64,000 nucleotides of DNA from Macrostomum lignano (taxonomy: Eukaryota), in assembly GCA_002269645.1 (NCBI GenBank), contig NIVC01001106.1, forward strand, positions 62,001 to 126,000, given 5' to 3'. Position numbers and translations under genes: made by a program. Numbering within the stretch: position 1 is the stretch's first letter; the number at the start of each line of letters is the position of its first letter. Below are positions 50,409 through 61,420 of the stretch, piece by piece. The notes under the pieces are model-generated. The model was given only the letters and a program-made list of their open reading frames with translations, was not told the origin of the DNA and made no database searches.

Positions 50409-51643
50409 GGGTCTACGACGTTTGCCAGCCGACGTTTGCTGCAGCCGACGTTTGCCAGCGGGACATTTGCCAGCCGACGTTTGCCAGCGGGACATTTGCA
50501 GGCGGCAATTGGTTCAAGAAGTACGCCCTCTCTAGGCTTAAATGTACTTGCATTTGAAAACTGTGGACACAGCACTAATCTAATTCCACCTTGCTCCCTA
50601 CACTGCTATTAAATATACAGGTTGCTAACAAACTACTGTTCAGGCTTATTGAAGTTATTGCTCTTTTCTGCCTAAATAGGAAGGTAAAAATACAAAATAG
50701 GAGTTTCCATTGTCACAGTTGATGTCTATGTATGCCATGGAATGGCCCTTTCCATCTCAGTGGCCAAACAAGCTAAGTGTTTACAATCTAAATGGGAAAA
50801 TACTGAGACATCCATAGTGGTATTGGCCTAGTCTCGCCTATATATACTTCACTCAAAAGCCAAACTCTGCTTAACGGAGTTTGGCCATGATAGCGTGCAC
50901 TTGACAAGCTGGATTGGAATTACCTAAGGTAATTCGCTTACTTTTGGATCTCCCAATGAACTGGGAAATATAGAAGCCAGAATTATCGTTCAGCAGGTCT
51001 TTTATTTGCTCAAAACTTGACTCGCAGGAGATTCCCGATTAAATTTGCGTGTCTTCATTCGCAAATCAAGAATCAAACATCTACAAGCGATACAAAATTG
51101 TCGGAAGTAAACTTTATAATATTTTCACATTCAAAGAAATTATTGTTAAACTAGATGCTAGATTGATGAACTGCATAATTTGTATATATTTTGTTTTCGA
51201 ACTTCTATACATGCAAATAACCGTCAAAAAGTTGGACTAAAAACTGCTTTTTAAAACCGCTAAACTGCGAATATTTCAGTATCAAATTTTTCACTCACTG
51301 ACTTAATGCTGGCTAGCAAACGTCGGCTGGCAAATGTCGGGTGGCAAACGTCCTGCAGGCAAACGTCCCACAGGCAAACGTCCCGCAGGCAAACGTCCCA
51401 CAGGCAAACGTCCCACAGGCAAACGTCCCACAGGCAAACGTCCCGCAGGCAAACGTCCCGCAGGCAAACGTCCTGCAGGCAAACGTCCCACAGGCAAACG
51501 TCCCACAGGCAAACGTCCTGCAGGTAAACGTCCCGCAGGCAAACGTCCCGCAGGAAAACGTCCCGCAGGCAAACGTCCCACAGGCAAACGTCCCGCAGGC
51601 AAACGTCGGCTGGCAAACGTCGGCTGGCAAACGTCGCTATCCC
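50409..51643. mobile_element. 1235-bp Mutator-type MITE, same family as 25368-26028, opposite orientation
   Basis: Ends GGGTCTACGACG..CGTCGCTATCCC; exact 9-bp TSD attttacct (50400-50408, 51644-51652); ggcaaacgtc arrays at both ends. Confidence 0.9.
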
Positions 51644-52227
51644 ATTTTACCTATTGCTTCAAGAAGATAGAGATACAGTATAAAATATAATAAAAACTTC
51701 ATCACAGACATAAAAACAAGCTACAATGCAACCGCCCCCCAATGTTTTACATTAGGATCATTTAAATGCTCACGACTTGCAAGTAACATCGTCCATCTAA
51801 TGAAAATTTTTCGATACAATCAAATTAAATCAAGAGCTAATATGATTTCTGATTTCGCAATACACTGCGATGTTGCCCAGACTCCTGTTGCATGTAAGAT
51901 CCGAGAACGGAGACAGACAGCAGACAGAGCACTACGAGTATCAGAGCACTTTAAAAATACATATTTATCTGTCTGTTTCTCACTCTCGTTCCGGCGCTCT
52001 CTCCTAGTCTGCTATTGACGGCTGCTATATTATCCTTTTGCTGCCATAGGCGGCCGCGTCAGGAAAATTTTAATGAAAATTTTCACTATGCTGCAGTCAA
52101 CTGTGAGTGAAGAGGGTTGGATGTCCGGAAGCAGAATGAGTGACGCTTTACTGAGAATTGTGAAGAAATATTTCTCTTTTAAAGATTTAAACACAACATT
52201 CTTGTATTTTAGATTGACAGACGCATA

Positions 52228-53338
52228 TTCTTCTACCGTAGATTAAGACAGACCCATCTTCTACCGTAGATTAAGGCAGACCCATCTTCTACCGTAGATT
52301 AAGGCAGACCCATCTTCTACCGTAGATTAAGGCAGACCCATCTTCTTCTACCGTAGATTAAGGCAGACCCATCTTCTACCGTAGATTAAGACAGACCCAT
52401 CTTCTTCTACCGTAGATTAAGACAGACCCATCTTCTACCGTAGATTAAGACAGACCCATCTTCTACCGTAGATTAAGACAGACCCATCTTCTACCGTAGA
52501 TTAAGACAGACCCATCTTCTTCTACCGTAGATTAAGACAGACCCATCTTCTACCGTAGATTAAGGCAGACCCATCTTCTACCGTAGATTAGGCAGACCCA
52601 TCTTCTTCTACCGTAGATTAAGACAGACCCATCTTCTACCGTAGATTAAGACAGACCCATCTTCTTCTACCGTAGATTAAGACAGACCCATCTTCTTCTA
52701 CCGTAGATTAAGACAGATCCATCTTCTTCTACCGTAGATTAAGGCAGACCCATCTTCTTCTACCGTAGATTAAGACAGACCCATCTTCTACCGTAGATTA
52801 AGACAGACCCATCTTCTTCTACCGTAGATTAAGACAGACCCATCTTCTTCTACCGTAGATTAAGATAGATCCATCTTCTTCTACCGTAGATTAAGGCAGA
52901 TCCATCTTCTTCTATCGTAGATTAAGACAGACCTATCTTTTTCTACCGTAGATTAAGACAGACCCATCTTCTTCTACCGTAGATTAAGGCAGATCCATCT
53001 TCTTCTACCATAGATTAAGACAGACCCATCTTCTTCTACCGTAGATTAAGACAGACACATCTTCTTCTACCGTAGATTAAGGCAGACCCATCTTCTTCTA
53101 CCGTAGATTAAGACAGACCCATCTTCTTCTACCGTAGATTAAGACAGACCCATCTTATTCTACCGTAGATTAAGACAGACCCATCTTCTTCTACCGTAGA
53201 TTAAGACAGACCCATCTTCTTCTACCGTAGATTAAGACAGACCCATCTTCTTCTACCGTAGATTAAGACAGACCCATCTTCTTCTACCGTAGATTAAGAC
53301 AGACCCATCTTCTTCTACCGTAGATTAAGACAGTCCAT
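52228..53338 (+). repeat. 28/31-bp tandem array (ctaccgtagattaagacagacccatctt[ctt]), left arm
   Basis: Read directly. Confidence 0.97.
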
Positions 53339-53778
53339 CACCCTGGGATAGGTATCTGACAGGCCCTCTAGTTCTGATAATTGCAAGACATTTTTCTTCG
53401 AACTTATTTATCGCTTTTTGACGCCGGATCGACGAGCTAAAAGACAGTGTTTTATTTATTCGGTACAGAAGTTCGTCACTAGGCATGGGTGTTTAACGGG
53501 TTGCGCCAAGTCCAGCCCTCTGAAAATCAATGAAAGAAAAAAGTGGGGTAGTAGGAGCTGAAAAACCAGCAACGCAATGGTGCCAAGTTCATTAGGGATT
53601 AGCAAGAAATTGAAAAAAATCAAACCAAAATCCCTGCCGTGAAGAGTGGGAAACCGAATTAACGGATTTGACTTTGGATCGATCACAGCTATGAGTTGGT
53701 CGAATTGCTCACCAACAGAAAATACAACTGCTTCCAGTTATAAGAGTGTACTTTGAACACCGATTGAAAAACAATAGA

Positions 53779-54442
53779 AGAAGATCTGTCTTAATCTACG
53801 GTAGAAGAAGATGGGTCTGCCTTAATCTACGGTAGAAGATGGGTCTGTCTTAATCTACGGTAGAAGAAGATGGGTCTGCCTTAATCTACGGTAGAAGAAG
53901 ATGGGTCTGTCTTAATCTACGGTAGAAGAAGATGGGTCTGTCTTAATCTACGGTAGAAGAAGATGGGTCTGTCTTAATCTACGGTAGAAGAAGATGGGTC
54001 TGTCTTAATCTACGGTAGAAGAAGATGTGTCTGTCTTAATCTACGGTAGAAGAAGATGTGTCTGTCTTAATCTACGGTAGAAGAAGATGGATCTGCCTTA
54101 ATCAACGGTAGAAGAAGATGGGTCTGTCTTAATCTACGGTAGAAGAAGATGGATCTGCCTTAATCTACGGTAGAAGAAGATGGGTCTGTCTTAATCTACG
54201 GTAGAAGAAGATGGATCTGCCTTAATCTACGGTAGAAGAAGATGGGTCTGTCTTAATCTACGGTAGAAGAAGATGTGTCTGTCTTAATCTACGGTAGAAG
54301 AAGATGGGTCTGCCTTAATCTACGGTAGAAGAAGATGTCTGTCTTAATCTACGGTAGAAGAAGATGGGTCTGTCTTAATCTACGGTAGAAGAAGATGGAT
54401 CTGCCTTAATCTACGGTAGAAGAAGATGGGTCTGTCTTATTT
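53779..54442 (-). repeat. Same 28/31-bp array in inverted orientation, right arm
   Basis: aagaagatgggtctgtcttaatctacggtag is the reverse complement of the left-arm unit. Confidence 0.97.
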
Positions 54443-55780
54443 TAATCTAAGGTAGCTAGAAAATTGACTTAACCCAGAATGATATGGTTTTGAAAATCTC
54501 TAATACGAGTAATATTGTTGACTTAAGACAGGCTATAGCTCAAGGCGCATTGTTTCAGCCAGCATTGATCAGCAATCAGGCATTGAAATTGATGAGCTTG
54601 AAATGAAAGCATTTTAATTATCTCGTACTTGAATAGAATTGAATTGTTTCATGATTTGTTATAGCTTTGGCATTGAAATTCGCGCTGAAGAGAAAATAAA
54701 TGGAAGTCCTGGATATAAAAAATGAATGAATTCAATGCAACAGTGGGCCATTCAATAAGGAAAAATGGATGGTGCGTATTCAAAAGATGCATATGTATTT
54801 AGGGAGCTTTCTAGTAAACTGTTATTGAGCTGGCTTCAAGCGACTCATTCTAATGATTATAGTTTGCAGGCACTCTAGATGATCATTTTAATTATTAAAA
54901 CTAAGAATTTAATTAAAAAATACGAAAGCCATCGTGGGGGCGCCATCGTGGGGCGCCATCGTGGGGCGCGATCATACAGTTGGGGCGCTAATTGGCCTGG
55001 CAAAAGGGTCGCCAGCAACAAAAGTGGTGCCACGGCAGCGAGCCGTGGTGACAGCGCAGCAGCTGCGATATGAATCGCGCCAAGCCCAAAGCAGTTATTG
55101 GGCGAATATTAAAATTAATAATAGCTTTAAGGTGTCAAAACCTGTCAAAGGTCATCATTTTTTCAGCACTGGGTGGGAGACGAGTGGGTCCCATGCCCAA
55201 CTAGCTATACACCCCTGCTTCCAGCAAGATTAAACAAACTGGAATATGCATGCATTGGTATACAGTAGATTGGCAGAATTATTTGGAATACACGCTCCTT
55301 CATGGTTCAGTTCAGTTCGATCACAGTCTAGCTTGAAGCGTAAAACAGTTTCGGCATTCTTTTTGCGCTTGTGGGCCACGTACGAGCTATATTCATTCGA
55401 CCTAGATCCGTGAGATAGATCGAGCGTCTGCACGAACTCGTATGCTAACTCGTAAGCCAAAGAGCGAATTATGATTTAATATTGTTAATGAGCAAGCTCA
55501 CTATCTGTAAGTGAGTACTTAAACGTCATTTGCATACACATAACCTGTAAAAAGGTTATACACATGCATGTTACATGTATTTAATACGCATAAAAATAAA
55601 TATTGGATCAACGTTTTCGTGCAGGCCTTAAAGAATTCTCACATTTTGATACAACCTAATTGATATAAGTACTTCATTTTGATTCCTGATCCAAAAACTT
55701 CTTAATCCGTAAGCTTTCCAAGCTTGAAACCCCTGAAAATTTCCGCTGGAAAAAGCTAATATATTGGTGTATATATATAA

Positions 55781-56146
55781 GGGGGGCCGTAGCCCAGCGA
55801 TAGCGCAGCTGCTCTGGTGTGCCAGCGACCCAGGCTCGATTCCAAGTGCAGTCACATTAATTTGGGGCTGAATTGGAATCTCGGCTTGGCTCTGCTTGTG
55901 CAATTAACGGCCTTGAGAGCCAACCCCCCAAGGCGCAGTGAAGTGTACATGCCTAACGATAATATAAAGTTAGGGCCGCTGTACACTCCTGTGTGAGTGT
56001 GTGCCTGCGTACGTATCCGCGCGCTTTTTGTATGCCTGCTCAGGGGAGTCGGCGGAATGGGCAGTAATGCCTCTCGAAGGTTGTGTGCCCATGTCGCTTA
56101 AAGTGCGCCAGGGTGCACACAACCCCCCTGCCTCTAATAAAAAAAA
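55781..56146 (+). mobile_element. tRNA-derived SINE, family B, copy 3
   Basis: A/B-box head, A-rich tail and TSD attggtgtatatat (55763-55776, 56146-56159). Confidence 0.9.
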
Positions 56147-56635
56147 TTGGTGTATATATGCGCCTTCTATACTAGACTGTGTACAGCGCAGAACTAGAAT
56201 TACTCTTGCTCTGCAAGGTTGCAACCACCTATGACGACGAATGATAAAAATGGCAATAACTAATAAGAAAAGACCTTGGGGCTGTACTATAAAGCTGTCG
56301 TAGCGTAAGTTCGATCGAACGTCGGAACTTTTACACTTGTGGGGATTTGGATCTAAGAACGATCTTATTTTAAGATGTCTTAAAACGGGCCCTTAATATG
56401 ATTCGTCTCTTAATTACGGATGCAAAGTAGGAGCAAAAACAAAATCTAAGACTACAAATAGTAATGAGCTTTTCGTATGTCTTATTATTAACGTTAAAAT
56501 AAGCATAAGCTTTTAAAAATAATATTTTTGTCTAAAGTTAATATAAAATTAAAAAACGTGCAATTTCAAATGAAACGAAAGTAACTGAACTTTAATTGTT
56601 TAAGTAAATCAGCAAGTGCAGTTGGGCAACCCAGT

Positions 56636-59400
56636 GGGTGTGTATAAAAGCTGGCACTGGCACATTGGACACATTGGACACCCCTTTTTATAACAAAATT
56701 AGATATGAAAATGCAGAATAAACTTGCAGAGATACTTTTAAATAATTTAAAAAATTGATAATAATAGAAATGACATCCTTGCTTTCGTGATAGATAATTT
56801 GTTAAATATTCTTTGTATTATCGTTTTTTGTACATGTTTAATTTGGCATTCGATTTTTTAAAATAATCGCACATGCAAAAACTGCAGCTTGCAATGCTAT
56901 TACACTGTGATTTTACTACCCCGAAGGTTCTGTACTACAGGCGTACCGATTTAATGCTAAATATGCCTGATATATGAAATGATCAAACTAATAGTCAGAA
57001 CTCAATTTTCCATAAAATGATGAAGCATTCTGCTCTTATCAAAAAACCACAACTTATTTTGTTAGGATTACTTCATGAAGAACGAACTTTGGATATTCCA
57101 AATTGCAAGTATTTCTATATTAAAAAAGTTAATACATTGGCAGATTATTTGATGAAAAAATTGCACCCAAAAAGTTTTTTTTACTTTGTAAGATGATGAT
57201 TAAATTAATAATTTCCAAGCTTCTTCTTTTATTAGTTCAATTACTTTTTGTATGATTTCAACCAACAAAAAAAGGAATAGCTACTCAGTGAAAGTTCAAA
57301 TTACAGTCTCTTCTTTATATACAATCCTTTTAAGAAAACATTATTATGAATAATTTGCCAAGTCATGATATTTAAGAAATTGTGCTAATCACTTAAATTA
57401 TGAGTTAAAAAATGCAAGCATATAAGTAAAAAATCTACCTCACAGACCAAGAAGTCTTTTTACTGAAAGTTTATATGTGACGCTTTGAAAAAACAACATA
57501 TAAACCATCTTCACATAACATTTATTGTCATTTATTTCAGACCTAAATCCTTTAGCACATAAATATTCTGCACGTATGTTGCAGGGTATACTTCCTTCTT
57601 CTAAAATCCTACAAATGCCACAAAGTTTTAATAGGCAAATTTATTCGTATTGTTTATATTAATATTTCTATATTTATGAGAAGTTTTCCAATAAGAACAA
57701 GTTCCCAATCAGTAAAACACTATATTTTAATTCTAATGTCCAAAATTATGGCATTCTAAGGGACCAAGTGATAGGTTTTAAGCTACTATTAGCACCTGCA
57801 TGATTTATTTATTTAATACCTACACATTCCTTAATGTCTATAGTTTGCCTAATTGCCTAATTGCTAACCCTAATTCTAGCCTTCTTGGCTTACAAGTTTG
57901 AGTCTTCACAGCATATTATTCAATTCAAGCCCTACTAATTTTATTAGCCTCTCTTAATTTTATAAAATAATAATTTTCTTTAGTGTAACTGCTCCAAAAA
58001 TTTCAACTTTAATTTAAGTGGTGTGCCGAAACACCACTTGCACCATTACAGCCGTCTATAATTTTTTTGTGCTAATTGGTTGACCACTTTCAATAATTTT
58101 CTTGGGTCAAGAGTGTGATATATGCATATTGCAGCATGAATTTTTTAAAGAATCCCTAATTTTATACAAGGAATCATATATATTTATAGAAAGTTAGCTC
58201 TTAGAGTAGAGATAAAGTACATAAGACTATTAATAGCAACTTTTCATACAATTGCTTATGGTAATGATTTCTATTGTTATAAAGTTACAAATAAATAAAA
58301 AGTTACATTGCATTTTAACTGTACTTTATGAGTTGTAAGCCTTTCAACTCAGAGTGCACTTCAATTGCTTTAATATACATTGCTAGATGTTATTTAGCAT
58401 TTCTTTGTTATTTATCATTTAACTCATTGCATTGTTTAATTGCTAATTTCATTTGCTCAGCTGCAATATTTATTACTTTTTTATTAATGCCAATGTTTGT
58501 AATACTTTTTCTCCCCATTTTTAGTGTTTGTGGTATTCTTTTGTCAAATTTTAATTTTCCGCTGTATCTATCTTTACAAAAAATTGTACCTGTAAACTTA
58601 TGGTTTTTTGCTTACAATGGTACTGTACTAAATTATATTTATTTCCTTGTTAGATTCTCTAAATTGAAAAAGTAATGCACTGCTTTATTATCATGCATAT
58701 TGAATATTAAGGATAGTTAGTATTCCTTCCTTGAAAAAGATTCTAGAGTTGGATTCTATTTGATAAGAGAATAAATAATTTATTGAGTTTAAATGTTTTT
58801 AAAACATTAATTAATTGCATTTTGATGGAAATCACAACTTAAAAAATTATTCGTTTTTTTATTTAAGACACGGGGGATTTTAAAAATCCATATTAACAGC
58901 AAATCAAACATTAACATTATGGGAGAGAGAGAGAGAAGGATTAGATTCACTTTCACTTTCACCATTGCTGTTGATTTATGGAAAGGCAGTAAACAAGCCA
59001 GAGCAGCTGCAAATAGTCAAATATGCCATGTCCGGCAATAAAATTCTGCAACTAGTCTGCTGCTCACTTTTTCCAACGTTTATTGAGGACAAGAAACGGC
59101 ATTTAATGTTTCTATGTTTTCTGTAAGTGCACCAACTAGGTAAATGAAAATGACGTACCGAAAGTAGTTCGACAATAAAGCAAGATAAGAAATGAATTTA
59201 AATGTAGAATAAAACTTGTTGATACTACCAATCTCATGGTTGTTAGAAGTATATGAAAAAGTGCAATTATAAATAAATATTTACATTTTTATTCGAAAGC
59301 CAAAGTATATTTATTCAAGCAAAACAACGATCAAAACTCGATTTTTGTTAACATAAGGGGTGTCCAATGTGCCAATGGTGCCCTGCTTTTATACAGACCC
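56636..59400. mobile_element. 2.76-kb Mutator-like (MULE) non-autonomous element
   Basis: ~60-bp imperfect TIRs (GGGT[G/C]TGTATAAAAGC..TGGCACATTGGACACCCC); exact 9-bp TSD caacccagt (56627-56635, 59401-59409). Confidence 0.88.
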
Positions 59401-59749
59401 CAACCCAGTCACCGAATTAACGTCGCCAACTGCTACGCCTAACTTCTGGTCTAAATAAAGAAAAGTTAGCATAAGGGAGGAAAGAATAAACTATCTTTTT
59501 AAAGTTTTTAGCCCATCACTGTTTCCATAATTCACATCGTTATCCAGGTTCTGTTCTGTTCTTGCTTACAGCTCGCAATATTAAAATTAAAAACCTAAGT
59601 CAAGTTATTACATTATGACTTATGTGTGTATGTAGCAGCAGTTATCATTCATCACTTATTATCAAAGGAATAGTTTTAACTTTTTATGTTTTACTTGATT
59701 AGCAATATTTTTTGGTCAAGAAGATATTCTTTGTAACTTTATATTTAAA

Positions 59750-59915
59750 ATGTCTCATATCTCTCCTATTTATAATGCATCATTTGCAATCAAGCAAGAA
59801 ATACAGCGCTTTGAAAGTGTTCACCCAAGCATCTATGCTATTTATGATTTAATTGAATCAATACCTGACAAAGACTTGCAGGATAAAATTCATAATTATG
59901 TCGTTTGCATAGAAG
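59750..59915 (+). CDS. AGAP1: AGAP1/AGAP3-like (centaurin-gamma ArfGAP), first coding exon; the gene probably continues beyond the window
   Basis: [55 protein letters not shown], compare [34 protein letters not shown] in AGAP1; donor G|GTAAG at 59916. Confidence 0.85.
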
Positions 59916-61069
59916 GTAAGAACAGATAGCTTTTGAGTTTTGTATTTATATTTAATATTTCAATTGTAAAAAATTCTATTTCTATTTTGCTTTGGTTGTA
60001 GTCATGTTCTAAGACTTAGCCACACTTAGTTAAAATGTTTTCATTGTAATTATTAGGCCTACAATAAAACAAAACTTATTATTGTTTAGTAATATGTCTC
60101 TATTATATATCTAGTGCCAATGCCATTTTATATGAAGACAAAATTTTATATAATGTAGAAATTTTAAGCATTTAAAGAAGGGATTTAGTAAAGATTGTGA
60201 TATTTTTCTTTTTGTAAGCAATTTTTTAAATAGAATACAAAATAGGATATTTGATTGAATATTTTCTAATAATGTTTTCATATAACTATAGTCATAACTA
60301 CTTGAAGCAATTAAAAGCATTAAAGACTTTTAAGCTATGAATTACAGATATATGGTAACAGTTTAAAATAATTATTTTCAATATAAACTATTCTAGTTTT
60401 TATGCCTTAAAAATCTTACACAATATATTATATAGTAGTAGTAGTATTAGTAGTAGTAAGTAGTAGTAGTAAATCTGGCTTAGGCAAAAAGCCTGTTTGG
60501 CCAGTATAGTTCAATATATCTAATAATGATTTAAGAGGAAGCTATTAGTATAAATACAAGTTATATATACTATATATATATAGTATTTAAAAGAGTGTCT
60601 AAACAATTTTCTAAAAATCTTTGGACAAAATTTGATGGCTAACAAAATGAAAAGTATTTGGTGAAATCCAAAAATCAGGGGCAAGTTTTATGAAAATTCG
60701 TTTTTTGGCAATTTGAAAGCAATAAAGCTATAAAATAAATTTATTCAAGTTTTTAAAAGGTAAAAAAGTCTATTAAAGCACAAATTATTTTTGTATAGCT
60801 TTATTTTTAATAAAATGATTTATTAAAATGGTAAGTTTAATTACGACCTAAAATGAGTCTAATGAAAATGATAGAAAAGCTATAATAATGTATTTTAATA
60901 ACTTTAACTATCTTATAATGTTACACTCTATAATTCTACAACATATTTAACATTATTTTCAAGGGTTTATTTGTTTATCACTTTCGTTACTCTTGACAAC
61001 GTGTATTTTGTAGAGTTCGTTTGCAATAAATTGTGTTCAACGTTTAAAGTTTATTATTTAAACATACAA

Positions 61070-61420
61070 ATTCCCGTAAGGATTGGAAAATTGCATTTTA
61101 TTCAGCTTCTACTAAAGCGATTTGGAAAATTCTTTTTTTCCTGCATACACGCCGCGATGATACATGTTTTAGTGTAATTTCGTTGTTCTTTGTCGCTTAA
61201 TGAGCATACAGTAAGCATCTGATTTGGAAGCCGGGTAACACATTGGAATTCCCATAAGGATTGGAAAATTGCATTTTACTCAGCTTCTACTAAAGCGATT
61301 TGTAAAATTCTTTTTTTTCTGCATACACGCTGCGATGATACATGTTTTAGTGTAATTTCGTTGTTCTTTGTCGCTTAATGAGCATACAGTAAGCATCTGA
61401 TTTGGATGCCGGGTTCACAT
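61070..61420 (+). repeat. 178-bp tandem duplication (2 copies)
   Basis: attccc[g/a]taaggattggaaaattgc starts at 61070 and again at 61248; the copies are nearly identical. Confidence 0.92.

Noticed and set aside
46085-54442. Regular 28-52 bp repeats (also 16.3, 26.5, 34.3 and 42.0 kb) as CRISPR arrays
   Set aside because: Units are head-to-tail with no unique spacers, there are no cas genes, and the context is eukaryotic.
55290-56395. Harbinger-like MITE ends (gggcccgtttt.., ggccacgtacgag..)
   Set aside because: Suggestive, but paired TIRs and a 3-bp TSD could not be established.
57000-57200. Possible copia RNase H fragment (NTLADYF..)
   Set aside because: Only a few residues match and no flanking RT motifs could be read.
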